DNA of 64,000 nt from a virus: positions 1 through 64,000 of IMG/VR virus record IMGVR_UViG_3300046532_001046. The stretch is one strand, 5' to 3'. Below are positions 39,044-46,874 of the stretch, one piece after another (position 1 is the first letter of the stretch; every line of letters starts with the position of its first letter). The position numbers were made by a program, and so were the translations under genes. The notes under the pieces were generated by a model. The model worked only from the letters and a program-made list of their open reading frames with translations. It did no database searches and was not told the origin of the DNA.

Positions 39044-39146
39044 GCTCCTGTGTGGTTGGGCGGGGGGAGGGTTCCCTCCCGCTGTGCTCCACCTTACGCC
39101 CAGTGCAGGGAGATTAGCAATGGCTGGGGCAAGATTCCTGTACTGC
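39044..39146 (-). promoter_or_regulatory. early promoter-leader module copy 3 (TTGCTA-N18-TAAGGT)
   Basis: Shares GGAATCTTGCCCCAGCCATTGCTAATCTCCCTGCACTGG and the leader hairpin. Confidence 0.85.
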
Positions 39147-39355
39147 CACTGTCGGCGGTCGACCTCGGCGGACGTGTCTGTCCGTTGACCACCCGCCGTG
39201 GTCAGCGTGTGCGCCCGCCGTAGGGGAGGTGCCCGTCGACCACGGCCCGGAGGGTGTCGGAGTCCGGAGTCATCGGTCCCGGCGGAGAGGTGGGGGCAGG
39301 TCCCGGTCCCTGCTTCGGTGTGTCTGGTGTACCCATGTGCGTATGTAATCTTTCT

Positions 39356-39403
39356 CTTAAAGCGACCCTTAAAGCGACCCTTAAAGAGACCCTTAAAGAA
39401 GTC
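39356..39403. repeat. four tandem 12-bp units CTTAAAG(C/A)GACC, last one degenerate
   Basis: Directly visible, intergenic. Confidence 0.9.
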
Positions 39404-39428
39404 GACTGTACAGTGTGTTCCTGTACTG

Positions 39429-39791
39429 CTACTTGCGACTAACTTTGATCTGCCGGTAGGGGACAGTCTTGGAGACCGATGCAGCGAGGTCCACGTTGAT
39501 TATTCCAGCGGTGATTCCTGCACGCCACAGAGAGAGGTCGACTTTTAAGGCACGGACTTTCTCTGCGGTTTCTGGATCGGACTCCTCCAGAGCCCCATAG
39601 TCAACGTCCAGACGCTCGCCGTTGATGAGAGTAATGGTGGCCTTGCCAGACGAGGTGGGGACCTTCACTACGTCGGCCTCATCCATTGCCGCCATCATCT
39701 TCTCCTTGGCCTCGTCCAGCCTGTCCTTGGCTGTCTTGGCTGTCCGATCCAAGCGGGCTAGTTCCTGTGCTAGTTCATCCAATGATGACAT
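39429..39791 (-). CDS. coiled-coil protein, Gam/gp157-like architecture
   Basis: N-terminal coiled coil then short beta region. Confidence 0.6.
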   Translation of the reverse strand: MSSLDELAQELARLDRTAKTAKDRLDEAKEKMMAAMDEADVVKVPTSSGKATITLINGERLDVDYGALEESDPETAEKVRALKVDLSLWRAGITAGIINVDLAASVSKTVPYRQIKVSRK

Positions 39792-39978
39792 TGCTGGTGA
39801 CCTTCTCTCCGTCGATTGGCGTCCGTCGTGCGTACTCCAGCGCCTCCTTGTGGCGACGCTTCTTATCCTCGGCAGCGATGGCCCACTGGACCCTCAGTCG
39901 CTGCGCTTCAGTCTCTCGGAGCGCCATGACCCTCTGCCTCGTGCCCGTGGTGTCCGTGTGTTGTCCGATGTTAGCCAT
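39775..39978 (-). CDS. small hypothetical protein
   Basis: 67 aa, GAGGAGGG RBS. Confidence 0.6.
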   Translation of the reverse strand: MANIGQHTDTTGTRQRVMALRETEAQRLRVQWAIAAEDKKRRHKEALEYARRTPIDGEKVTSNVIIG

Positions 39979-39979
39979 G

Positions 39980-40165
39980 TCAGTTCCCCCTCCTCAATGA
40001 CAGTTCACTCAGGGCGTGGCGGTACTCGCTCCGCAGTTCCGTGATGAAGGCGATGGCGGCAGTACGCTCGTCGTCGTCGTCGGCGTCGCCCACCAAGCCA
40101 CGGCCCAGCAGAAAGTCACAGTGGTAGATGCGGTCGTGGAGGGTGGCCCGGTAGCGCTCGGTCAC
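39980..40165 (-). CDS. small hypothetical protein
   Basis: 61 aa, GTGA overlap. Confidence 0.6.
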   Translation of the reverse strand: MTERYRATLHDRIYHCDFLLGRGLVGDADDDDERTAAIAFITELRSEYRHALSELSLRRGN

Positions 40166-40755
40166 GACGGGTCCTCAATCTGGAGCATGTCGTCTTCGGA
40201 CAGGCGGAAGGGTGACTCGTACCGTTCAGTCACCGGCCACTGGTCACGCTGGGTCACACCAGAGCCGTACTCATCCCACGCCTCGTCCTCTCCACAGTCA
40301 GAGCAGACGTAGACAGGAATATCGGTAGCCTCACGAGTCGTGCGGCTCAGGGCGTTGTGGGTCACTGGCACCACGAGGCTCTGGGACTCGCACCGGGGAC
40401 ACAGGCCACCGTCCCCAGCGTACTCGTTGTTGATGATGGAGAGGCCCACGTCGATCTCATCGACCTGAGCCCAGCCCATACGGAGGATCGTCCAGTAGGT
40501 GTTGTCGGGAAGCCCGACCACGTCACCCACTGAGAGGGAGCGCTTGCCCTTCTGGACGTTGATCTCAGTACCGTCAACAGCGTTGTTGTCGCGGTACACG
40601 TCGGACAGGAAGGGGAGGGGGTCGACGCCGTCGGCCTCCTCGTCCCATTCTTCGTCAACGTATGCGTAGGCAGTCTCCAGCGTGTCTCCGGCTGAGAACT
40701 CGTCCCAGCCAATGCCTTCGTCGGCCACCCGATGGTAGATAGAGATGATGTTCAA
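40162..40755 (-). CDS. YodL-like domain plus zinc-finger protein
   Basis: RSLSVGDVV.....YW.....GW then CPRC...NALSR...VCSDCG..EA. Confidence 0.65.
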   Translation of the reverse strand: MNIISIYHRVADEGIGWDEFSAGDTLETAYAYVDEEWDEEADGVDPLPFLSDVYRDNNAVDGTEINVQKGKRSLSVGDVVGLPDNTYWTILRMGWAQVDEIDVGLSIINNEYAGDGGLCPRCESQSLVVPVTHNALSRTTREATDIPVYVCSDCGEDEAWDEYGSGVTQRDQWPVTERYESPFRLSEDDMLQIEDPS

Positions 40756-40794
40756 GGTATTCCCTTCCCTTGTTAGTTGTTCCCTCTGCGCTCC

Positions 40795-40824
40795 ACCTTA
40801 CGTCCAGTGCAGGGAGATTGTCAA
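40795..40824 (-). promoter_or_regulatory. promoter copy 4 (TTGACA-N18-TAAGGT)
   Basis: Spacer ATCTCCCTGCACTGGACG matches the other copies. Confidence 0.85.
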
Positions 40825-41186
40825 GACCCAGTACCAGAATCTTTGTCTTGGTCATACGGGTGCGGACGCTGCTTGAACGGATTGCGGTACGGCTCACGGT
40901 ACTTGTCCTCTGCCCACCCAGCCCACCTGTCGTCCTCGTGGCCTCGCTGTGTCCTGTGCTTAAAGGGGTCGTACATCCCGTAGGACGAACGACGGTGCTC
41001 GCCCCCCCGGCGCTTCTCCTCGTCCTCAATCCACTTCAGTATGGTGTCGATGAGAAAGCCAAGGCTGTTGTTCACCTTCTTCAACTCGTCCTCTACACGA
41101 GAGAGTCCACGGCCCTCAGTCTGGTAGTACTCTTGGAGTCGCTTCTGCTTCTCGTTGAACTCCTGAGCCCCTTGGTCTAACCCCAT
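40821..41186 (-). CDS. hypothetical protein
   Basis: 121 aa, GAGG RBS, coiled-coil N-half. Confidence 0.65.
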   Translation of the reverse strand: MGLDQGAQEFNEKQKRLQEYYQTEGRGLSRVEDELKKVNNSLGFLIDTILKWIEDEEKRRGGEHRRSSYGMYDPFKHRTQRGHEDDRWAGWAEDKYREPYRNPFKQRPHPYDQDKDSGTGS

Positions 41187-41190
41187 GTCC

Positions 41191-42804
41191 TCACTCCTTC
41201 TGTACTGTTGGTTTGCGAACCCGAAGCACCTTGTGCTTCACGACCAACTCACCGTCGTCGGGTCCCTTCATGTATGCCTTCACCCTAACTCGTTTGACCA
41301 CCGTCCCGTTCCCGTCTCGGAGCCGCCTCCAATGTGAAGCAACTGGGAACCGGTAGGTGAGCACCCCCTTGAACTCGGGATCACTCTCGGCGGTTGGCCT
41401 GTATGCCTTGGGCAGGTCAACAACGATGACGTTGGAGACAGTCCGTTCCTTGCCAGACTTGTTCCTCTTCTTGCCGTACACCGGGACGGTCTCCACTACT
41501 GCGATCTCCTGCATGATCGACCACAGGGCATGGAACGCTTGGGTGAGAAACAGGAAGCCGTCTCCATGACGACGCAGCACCTCCTCCTCGCTAACGTCAA
41601 GGAAGGTGAGCACGTCCCAGACGAGGTTTGCCTCACCCTGTGCGCTGAAGTCCGACCACCCCAACTGATTGACAGGGTCAGTGAGGACGGACAAGTTTCG
41701 TAGGGCTAAACGAACACTGTCCAAGAAAGGGAAGTGGAAGTCGTAGGCGCTGCCCTCGTCCCAGTCGCCAAGAGTCTCCACGCCGTCAGTAATCTCGTCG
41801 GGGAGTACACCGATCAGCCCGGTCTCCCGTGGGTCTGAGTACAACGATAGAACGACGGCCAGCGGCTCGGCATGGTCAGGACGTTCAACGTCCCTAACAA
41901 TCATCCCCGGATCGTCCACGCCTTTACCGGAGATCGTGTGCCACGACATCGCTCGGATGGGTCGGTGGCTGAACCCGGCCCTCGCTTGGTTCATGTCGGG
42001 ATCGCAGGGTAGTACCAGAGGCTTCTCCAGATACATCCAGCCACTCTGCGTCGGCAAGTCGTCAAACGTCAGAGGTACTATGGGAATGTCCGCCCACTCA
42101 TTCGCCAGCAACTCAACCATGTCCGTGGTACACGACCCAGCGGTGGTGTTCTTCCACTCGTGTTCCAGTGCTTCGGTAATCGTAGCGGGGAAGGGGCTCT
42201 GACCGGGGTGAGCAGAGGTGTGTTCAACCAGTCGTCGGTAGTTGCTGCGAGACGAAGGATGGATGGATCGAACGTAGGACTGCTTGGCGTTCACCAAGTC
42301 CTTTGACGACAGGTGTCGGTTGGGGTAGTTGGACGTGCCAGTAAGTGTGGCGTACAGCGAGGTAAACAATGGAAGTGTCTTGTCGGAGGACAGATAATCT
42401 CGGACCATGTTCCGGTGGTCCCTGTGGAACACATCCCGATCACCAAGGTCCTCTCGGAGAGTGATGTTGGAGTTCTCGTCATCGCCCAGCCGTGTGCCAT
42501 CCAGTTCCATGTCCAGTTCCATGTCCAGTTCCATGTCACGTTCCAAAGCCCACACGTCGTCCTCGTCAGCGAGGCGCTCCATAATCTCTGTGGCAAACGT
42601 GTGGGGGTTCCACTCGTCGCTGAACACGTTGATGTTGCGTCCCTCTCGGAGCACCATGTCGTACAGCACCAGTACGGTGCAGCGCACCAGAAAGTCTGAA
42701 CCGTGTTTAGCCATCGTTCGTCCCTCGTTGTCGTCTGGGAGCAGTTTCAAGTCATGCTCAGGACTGACGCGACAGTCTTCGACCGTGAAGTCTCTAACTG
42801 CCAA
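41191..42804 (-). CDS. phage protein with C-terminal VxxHWR...YxKGP motif
   Basis: RFPVASHWRR...VKAYMKGPDD; start uncertain; DMEL x3 micro-repeat. Confidence 0.75.
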   Translation of the reverse strand: MAVRDFTVEDCRVSPEHDLKLLPDDNEGRTMAKHGSDFLVRCTVLVLYDMVLREGRNINVFSDEWNPHTFATEIMERLADEDDVWALERDMELDMELDMELDGTRLGDDENSNITLREDLGDRDVFHRDHRNMVRDYLSSDKTLPLFTSLYATLTGTSNYPNRHLSSKDLVNAKQSYVRSIHPSSRSNYRRLVEHTSAHPGQSPFPATITEALEHEWKNTTAGSCTTDMVELLANEWADIPIVPLTFDDLPTQSGWMYLEKPLVLPCDPDMNQARAGFSHRPIRAMSWHTISGKGVDDPGMIVRDVERPDHAEPLAVVLSLYSDPRETGLIGVLPDEITDGVETLGDWDEGSAYDFHFPFLDSVRLALRNLSVLTDPVNQLGWSDFSAQGEANLVWDVLTFLDVSEEEVLRRHGDGFLFLTQAFHALWSIMQEIAVVETVPVYGKKRNKSGKERTVSNVIVVDLPKAYRPTAESDPEFKGVLTYRFPVASHWRRLRDGNGTVVKRVRVKAYMKGPDDGELVVKHKVLRVRKPTVQKE

Positions 42805-42835
42805 CTCCCCTGTTATTTAGTTGTGTTGGTACCAA

Positions 42836-42890
42836 TGGCACCGGGAAGGACTGGGGCGGCTTACGGACGCCCCAGCCCAACCCGCTGGCA
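42836..42890 (-). terminator. GC-rich hairpin after the DUF932 gene
   Basis: GGGCTGGGGCG...CGCCCCAGTCC inverted repeat; no clear U-tract. Confidence 0.45.
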
Positions 42891-43955
42891 TCAGACCCCG
42901 ACGGTCTCCAGCACAGCGTCAAGGACGAACTTGTCGGCCTTGGAGGTGGACCCATTGAGGGCGTTCACCATGTTGCGCTCGGCACGCTTCTCAGCCTTGC
43001 CGGTGTAGTGGTGGCTGTAGGTGTTCCACGCCTGCACCACACCAAGCGCCGTGCCCTTCCAAGGGGCCACACGGGGGTCTGAGGTCCAGAGGGACCGGAG
43101 ACGCTCCGTCTTGTTTTCGGCTCGGGTCACCCCAGCCTGATTGCTGGACTCCAGCGTGGGGACCGGGACCAGACGCTGGATGATCCGGTCGAACTGGAAG
43201 TTGTCCACCTTGATGTTGGACAGCCTCTCAATCTCGGCCATCATCTCGTCACCGGCCACATGGACGATGTCCAATGCCTCCCGTACTGACTGGAGACGGA
43301 ACCCGGAGTTGGTGGTGTGTCGGGTACGACTCACCTGCCCCTGATCCTGAAGGCCCCACGACAGGGTGTTGTCACACACGACCGCTGTGGCCGTCTGCTT
43401 GAACGTCGTGGCGAGGGTCCCGTTGTGGCTCGTGGTAGCGAGCAACTGGGGACGGATGGTGAACCCCTGTGGGGTCTCAAGGTTCTCGGGGAGTTCGACA
43501 CTCACCCAAGCAACTCCACCGTTCTGGAGGAGGCCAGCGCTGGCGACGGCGAGTTCATCGTCGTCAATCAGGTTGGCAACCGTGTTCAAGAGCCATTCAC
43601 GGTACTGGTGGATGGCGTAGGAGGTCTTGAACATGCGGAACACCTCGTTGGTGTCCGACCGTCCAATGGCCTTGTAGTCACCGACCGGGACGTGCTTGTA
43701 GGCAGCCCCCGTGAGGGCGTCCAGACCAGCGATGTCCACATCCGACGTGGAAGTCGGAACGGTGATGGTGACGGGGAACTCTTTGGCCTCCCAGAAGAAG
43801 AGGCGACGTTCCACGTCTTCAACCGGGATGGCGAGTTCGTAGTGGTTGGGCTCGTCGCCCTGATCGCTGGCACGGTAGTGCCATGCGTTACCACGCTTGG
43901 AAGTGAAACCGACCAGAACATTCTGGTTCAGCCACTCGCTGGATTCTTGACTCAT
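42891..43955 (-). CDS. DUF932/DUF945 phage-plasmid protein
   Basis: AWH, SAGLLQNGG..W, TTSHNG, VVCDNTL, RHT, GTA.G...A. Confidence 0.9.
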   Translation of the reverse strand: MSQESSEWLNQNVLVGFTSKRGNAWHYRASDQGDEPNHYELAIPVEDVERRLFFWEAKEFPVTITVPTSTSDVDIAGLDALTGAAYKHVPVGDYKAIGRSDTNEVFRMFKTSYAIHQYREWLLNTVANLIDDDELAVASAGLLQNGGVAWVSVELPENLETPQGFTIRPQLLATTSHNGTLATTFKQTATAVVCDNTLSWGLQDQGQVSRTRHTTNSGFRLQSVREALDIVHVAGDEMMAEIERLSNIKVDNFQFDRIIQRLVPVPTLESSNQAGVTRAENKTERLRSLWTSDPRVAPWKGTALGVVQAWNTYSHHYTGKAEKRAERNMVNALNGSTSKADKFVLDAVLETVGV

Positions 43956-43994
43956 TATTCCCCTCCTTGTGGGGTAGGTGTTTCGCTAATGAAG

Positions 43995-44042
43995 ATACTA
44001 CTGGCAGTGCAGGGAGATTAGCAAGGGCTGGGGCAAGATTCT
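43995..44042 (-). promoter_or_regulatory. promoter copy 5 (TTGCTA-N18-TAGTAT)
   Basis: AATCTTGCCCCAGCCCTTGCTAATCTCCCTGCACTGCCAGTAGTAT. Confidence 0.85.
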
Positions 44043-44043
44043 T

Positions 44044-44412
44044 TTACCACCGGTTCTGGGAGAGCAGCGGACCACGCCCATCACGAACGTCTGGCTCCAT
44101 CTCGTTCATAGTCATCGTCTGGATTGGAGCGGTGGCATTCTGTACTCCGACGGCCATCATACTGTGGCGCTTCACCAACGTGCGGACGAGCGACATGATG
44201 CCCTCAGCCTTCCGGTCGTAGACACCCATGTCCACTAGGTTGGTAATGAGAGACAGACTGGGGTACGTGGGTTTGACCGGGGCGGGCATGTCGGCCTCCA
44301 CCCTATCCAGTACACGGGTCGCTGCTACCTTGGCAGCGTCGACCTCCTTCTTGGTGTGGAACTTCCCAAGGTGGTACTCCTTACCCTTGCGCTCCACTCG
44401 TGCTCGGATCAT
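44044..44412 (-). CDS. AP2-like DNA-binding domain protein
   Basis: RARVERKGKEYHLGKFHTKKEVDAA; start moved to MIRAR (GAGG RBS). Confidence 0.7.
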   Translation of the reverse strand: MIRARVERKGKEYHLGKFHTKKEVDAAKVAATRVLDRVEADMPAPVKPTYPSLSLITNLVDMGVYDRKAEGIMSLVRTLVKRHSMMAVGVQNATAPIQTMTMNEMEPDVRDGRGPLLSQNRW

Positions 44413-44507
44413 GCTTCCTCGTTTCGTAGTCGTTGGTTTCGTAGTGTGGGGGGCCGGGGATGGGGATGCTGTGGGAAGTAGCAACATCCCCGACCCTCCA
44501 CGGTCTG

Positions 44508-44846
44508 TTAGAACGGTTCGTCCTGCGGGGTGTACCTCTCTGCGAGGGTGACAGCCCGAACGTCGTTCACGATCACTCGTCCCTTGCGGAGGGCCAGCCC
44601 GAAGCCATCGCTGTCGATGAACGACTGAGTCAGGAAGCCTTCCATGATCTGCTGTGCGATGAATGCCACCTCATCCATGAATGGGCGTTGCTCATCGAAC
44701 TGATGCTGATGGATCTGGCGGATGTACTCATCGTGTTCTCGTGCGAGGTCCACGTCGAAGGCGATGGTCAGGTTGTGACCACCTCCCTCTCGGGGTGCCT
44801 CAGGCACCATCCTGATGATTGGTCGTTCGGCTTGTGCTTCGTTCAT
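44508..44846 (-). CDS. hypothetical protein
   Basis: 112 aa, GAAGGG upstream. Confidence 0.65.
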   Translation of the reverse strand: MNEAQAERPIIRMVPEAPREGGGHNLTIAFDVDLAREHDEYIRQIHQHQFDEQRPFMDEVAFIAQQIMEGFLTQSFIDSDGFGLALRKGRVIVNDVRAVTLAERYTPQDEPF

Positions 44847-44894
44847 ACTCTTAAAGCGTCCCTTCGTGTTGTGTTACGTGTTTGGTCAAGATGC

Positions 44895-45068
44895 TCAGCG
44901 GTGCTTCTTCTTCAACTTCATGGGGCGAGGTGGCGGGTCCTTATACACCATCTTGGTGGTGCCAGCCTTGTGTCCCGCAGCCCCCGGCTCGTCCTTGGTG
45001 TAGACGGTGACCAGCCCCATGGCTGTCTCGTAGGTCTTGTACCCGATGGTATCTTCATCTTCGTTCAT
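44895..45068 (-). CDS. small hypothetical protein
   Basis: MNEDEDTIGY..., GGGAG RBS, downstream of a degenerate promoter copy (TTGCTA-N18-TACGGT near 45090-45119). Confidence 0.6.
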   Translation of the reverse strand: MNEDEDTIGYKTYETAMGLVTVYTKDEPGAAGHKAGTTKMVYKDPPPRPMKLKKKHR

Positions 45069-45138
45069 GGTTCTCCCTTCCACTGGGAACCGTACTACCA
45101 ACGCAGGGAGAATAGCAAGGGATATTAGAAGAAAGTTA

Positions 45139-45528
45139 CTATCGGGGTGGAGGATTACCCGGAGTCTGCATCAGTCCCTTGACAAACCGTACTGGATTGA
45201 GCGCTTGCTTGACCGACATTCGATCTGGATTAGCCCGCATAGAAGCGAGGTGCTCCGCACCTTGACGAGCGAACGGCAGGATGGGAGAACTGGCCGCAAT
45301 CATCAGACCAGTGTCTGCGGGCAACGCTCCAGTAGCGGCTCCAATAACTCCAGCGGAGTACGTAGCCAGCGTGGCTGCCTGAGTGCTCCTACTGGCTGAG
45401 TCAAAGCCCTTCCTTGCTATGGTCGCACCCGTCTGTGCAGCCCCCTTGACACCCTCACGCACACCTACAGGGATCTGGTCCTCCATAGGGCTGAAGTCAG
45501 ACCATTGAGGTCCAGTGGGCGTGGGCAC
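45139..45528 (-). CDS. hypothetical protein with N-terminal GPQW tag and hydrophobic Ala/Gly segment
   Basis: MPTPTGPQW; TGGTATTAT-N6-GTG. Confidence 0.65.
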   Translation of the reverse strand: MPTPTGPQWSDFSPMEDQIPVGVREGVKGAAQTGATIARKGFDSASRSTQAATLATYSAGVIGAATGALPADTGLMIAASSPILPFARQGAEHLASMRANPDRMSVKQALNPVRFVKGLMQTPGNPPPR

Positions 45529-45649
45529 ACCACAATAATACCACGATCACCCTGACACCTTAGTGTACAGGATCAAGTATCCCATAAAGATACTTAAAGC
45601 GAGGATGATTGACAATGGAATGAGTGTCACGTACCAGTTTCTTAGAAAC

Positions 45650-46441
45650 TTAAGCAACCGAACCTTCCCAACATTTCTTTGACGGATTCCAGTGATGTAC
45701 GCCACTGCTGTAGTATAGCCATGCGGCGGTGGCGACATTGGCTCGCCCGTGGAACGGGGGGTAGTCCTTAAAGCCCGCCTTACCGGAACGCTCAACCCAG
45801 TACTTCGCCAAGTGTTGAAACCAGCCGATGGCTAGAGCCGATGACACCGAGGTAGACCCTATGTCCCAACTCCGTCCACTGGACTCACAGAAGGCGATCC
45901 TCTGAGCGAGTGCCCTGTCCTCGGGCAGGAAGTATTCGTTTATCAGTTCTCCCAGAGTCGGAAGTTCATAGTGCTCGTCACCCGACAAGCACCCGTGTGA
46001 ACAGGGCGTCGGTGATTGCATGACCTCAGGGTAGAAGTACAGGATGGCAGACATGGGATTACCGAACGATTTGATGTGTGCCTTGCGGGTCTGTGGTCCG
46101 TAGACGCCATCGACGTAGTCCATCCCCAGTTCCTCTTGGAGGGCCACAATCTGTGGGCCTTTGTCGTAGTAGTTATAGCGCTCAGTAAGCGGACTACGAG
46201 TATTGCTGGGTGACGATGAAGTGGTGGTAGACGACGGGGAGGTGGTTGAGGTGGTGGGGGGATCAACAACGACCCCGCCGTCTACCGGGTGGAGGTGCGG
46301 GGAATCGAACCCCGGTGCAGCAATCGTCCGCGTGCGGGTTTCCTTGCTATCGAAGCCATCCTCACCCCCTAGGTCACTAGCATACCACCCTAGTTGCATG
46401 ACTGTGAGTATTCCTAAGGTTAGTACTCGTGCCAGAAACAT
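45650..46441 (-). CDS. secreted lytic transglycosylase with peptidoglycan-binding domain
   Basis: N-terminal hydrophobic signal, Thr/Ser linker, G..IVALQ..L....DGVYGPQT, then IAFCESSG...AIGWFQ...ANVATAAWLY....HW. Confidence 0.85.
   Translation of the reverse strand: MFLARVLTLGILTVMQLGWYASDLGGEDGFDSKETRTRTIAAPGFDSPHLHPVDGGVVVDPPTTSTTSPSSTTTSSSPSNTRSPLTERYNYYDKGPQIVALQEELGMDYVDGVYGPQTRKAHIKSFGNPMSAILYFYPEVMQSPTPCSHGCLSGDEHYELPTLGELINEYFLPEDRALAQRIAFCESSGRSWDIGSTSVSSALAIGWFQHLAKYWVERSGKAGFKDYPPFHGRANVATAAWLYYSSGVHHWNPSKKCWEGSVA
46288..46369 (-). ncRNA. miniature tmRNA-like RNA (tRNA-like domain only) nested in the transglycosylase CDS
   Basis: GGGGGUG/CACCUCC acceptor stem with G3-U, A discriminator then CC; tmRNA-type D-loop AGGAUGGCUUCGA; P2a UAGCAA/UUGCUG; T-arm CGGGG-UUCGAUU-CCCCG. 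Confidence 0.78.
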
Positions 46442-46464
46442 AGTTCCCCCTACACTGTTGGTGG

Positions 46465-46851
46465 CTACAGAATGTCAAAGAGCATCCTGCTTGGTTCATC
46501 ATACTCGGGGTCACCTTGGTTTGGCAAGAGGTCCGGGTCGATTGGTTCCGAAAGCATACGTTCCTCGTGTGCTAACCAACACTTACCACACCGGCAGCCA
46601 CGTCTGTAGTCCTCCCACTTTCCATGAGCCGTGGATGACTTCTTACGCTCCTTGGGAGTCAGCCCACCGAACATTCCCCACTTCTCGTCCTGTCCCACCT
46701 TTAAGCATGTCTCCCACACGGGACAGGTTGAGCACACGACTCGGCCCATCTCGTACCACTGGTTAGGGTCCTTGGCCTCCATCGGGGGGTACCACATAAA
46801 CTGGGCTTTCCCCCGGCAGGGGGCCTCTTTTATCCAATCGGGTGTTTCCAT
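46465..46851 (-). CDS. whiB: WhiB-family transcription factor with extra C-terminal HG...Y..GCRC..C module
   Basis: W...APCRG...CSTCPVWETCL...WGMFGGLTPKER. Confidence 0.92.
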   Translation of the reverse strand: METPDWIKEAPCRGKAQFMWYPPMEAKDPNQWYEMGRVVCSTCPVWETCLKVGQDEKWGMFGGLTPKERKKSSTAHGKWEDYRRGCRCGKCWLAHEERMLSEPIDPDLLPNQGDPEYDEPSRMLFDIL

Positions 46852-46874
46852 CCAACCATCCCATGTTGTCCCGG

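Noticed and set aside
42499-42536. 12-bp x3 repeat as a regulatory element
   Set aside because: In-frame DMEL micro-duplication inside a CDS, most simply replication slippage
46288-46369. Canonical tRNA-Ala, full tmRNA, or attP fragment
   Set aside because: No D-stem or anticodon arm, no tag frame or pseudoknots; both tmRNA ends are present and joined, unlike an att fragment, and no integrase is in the window
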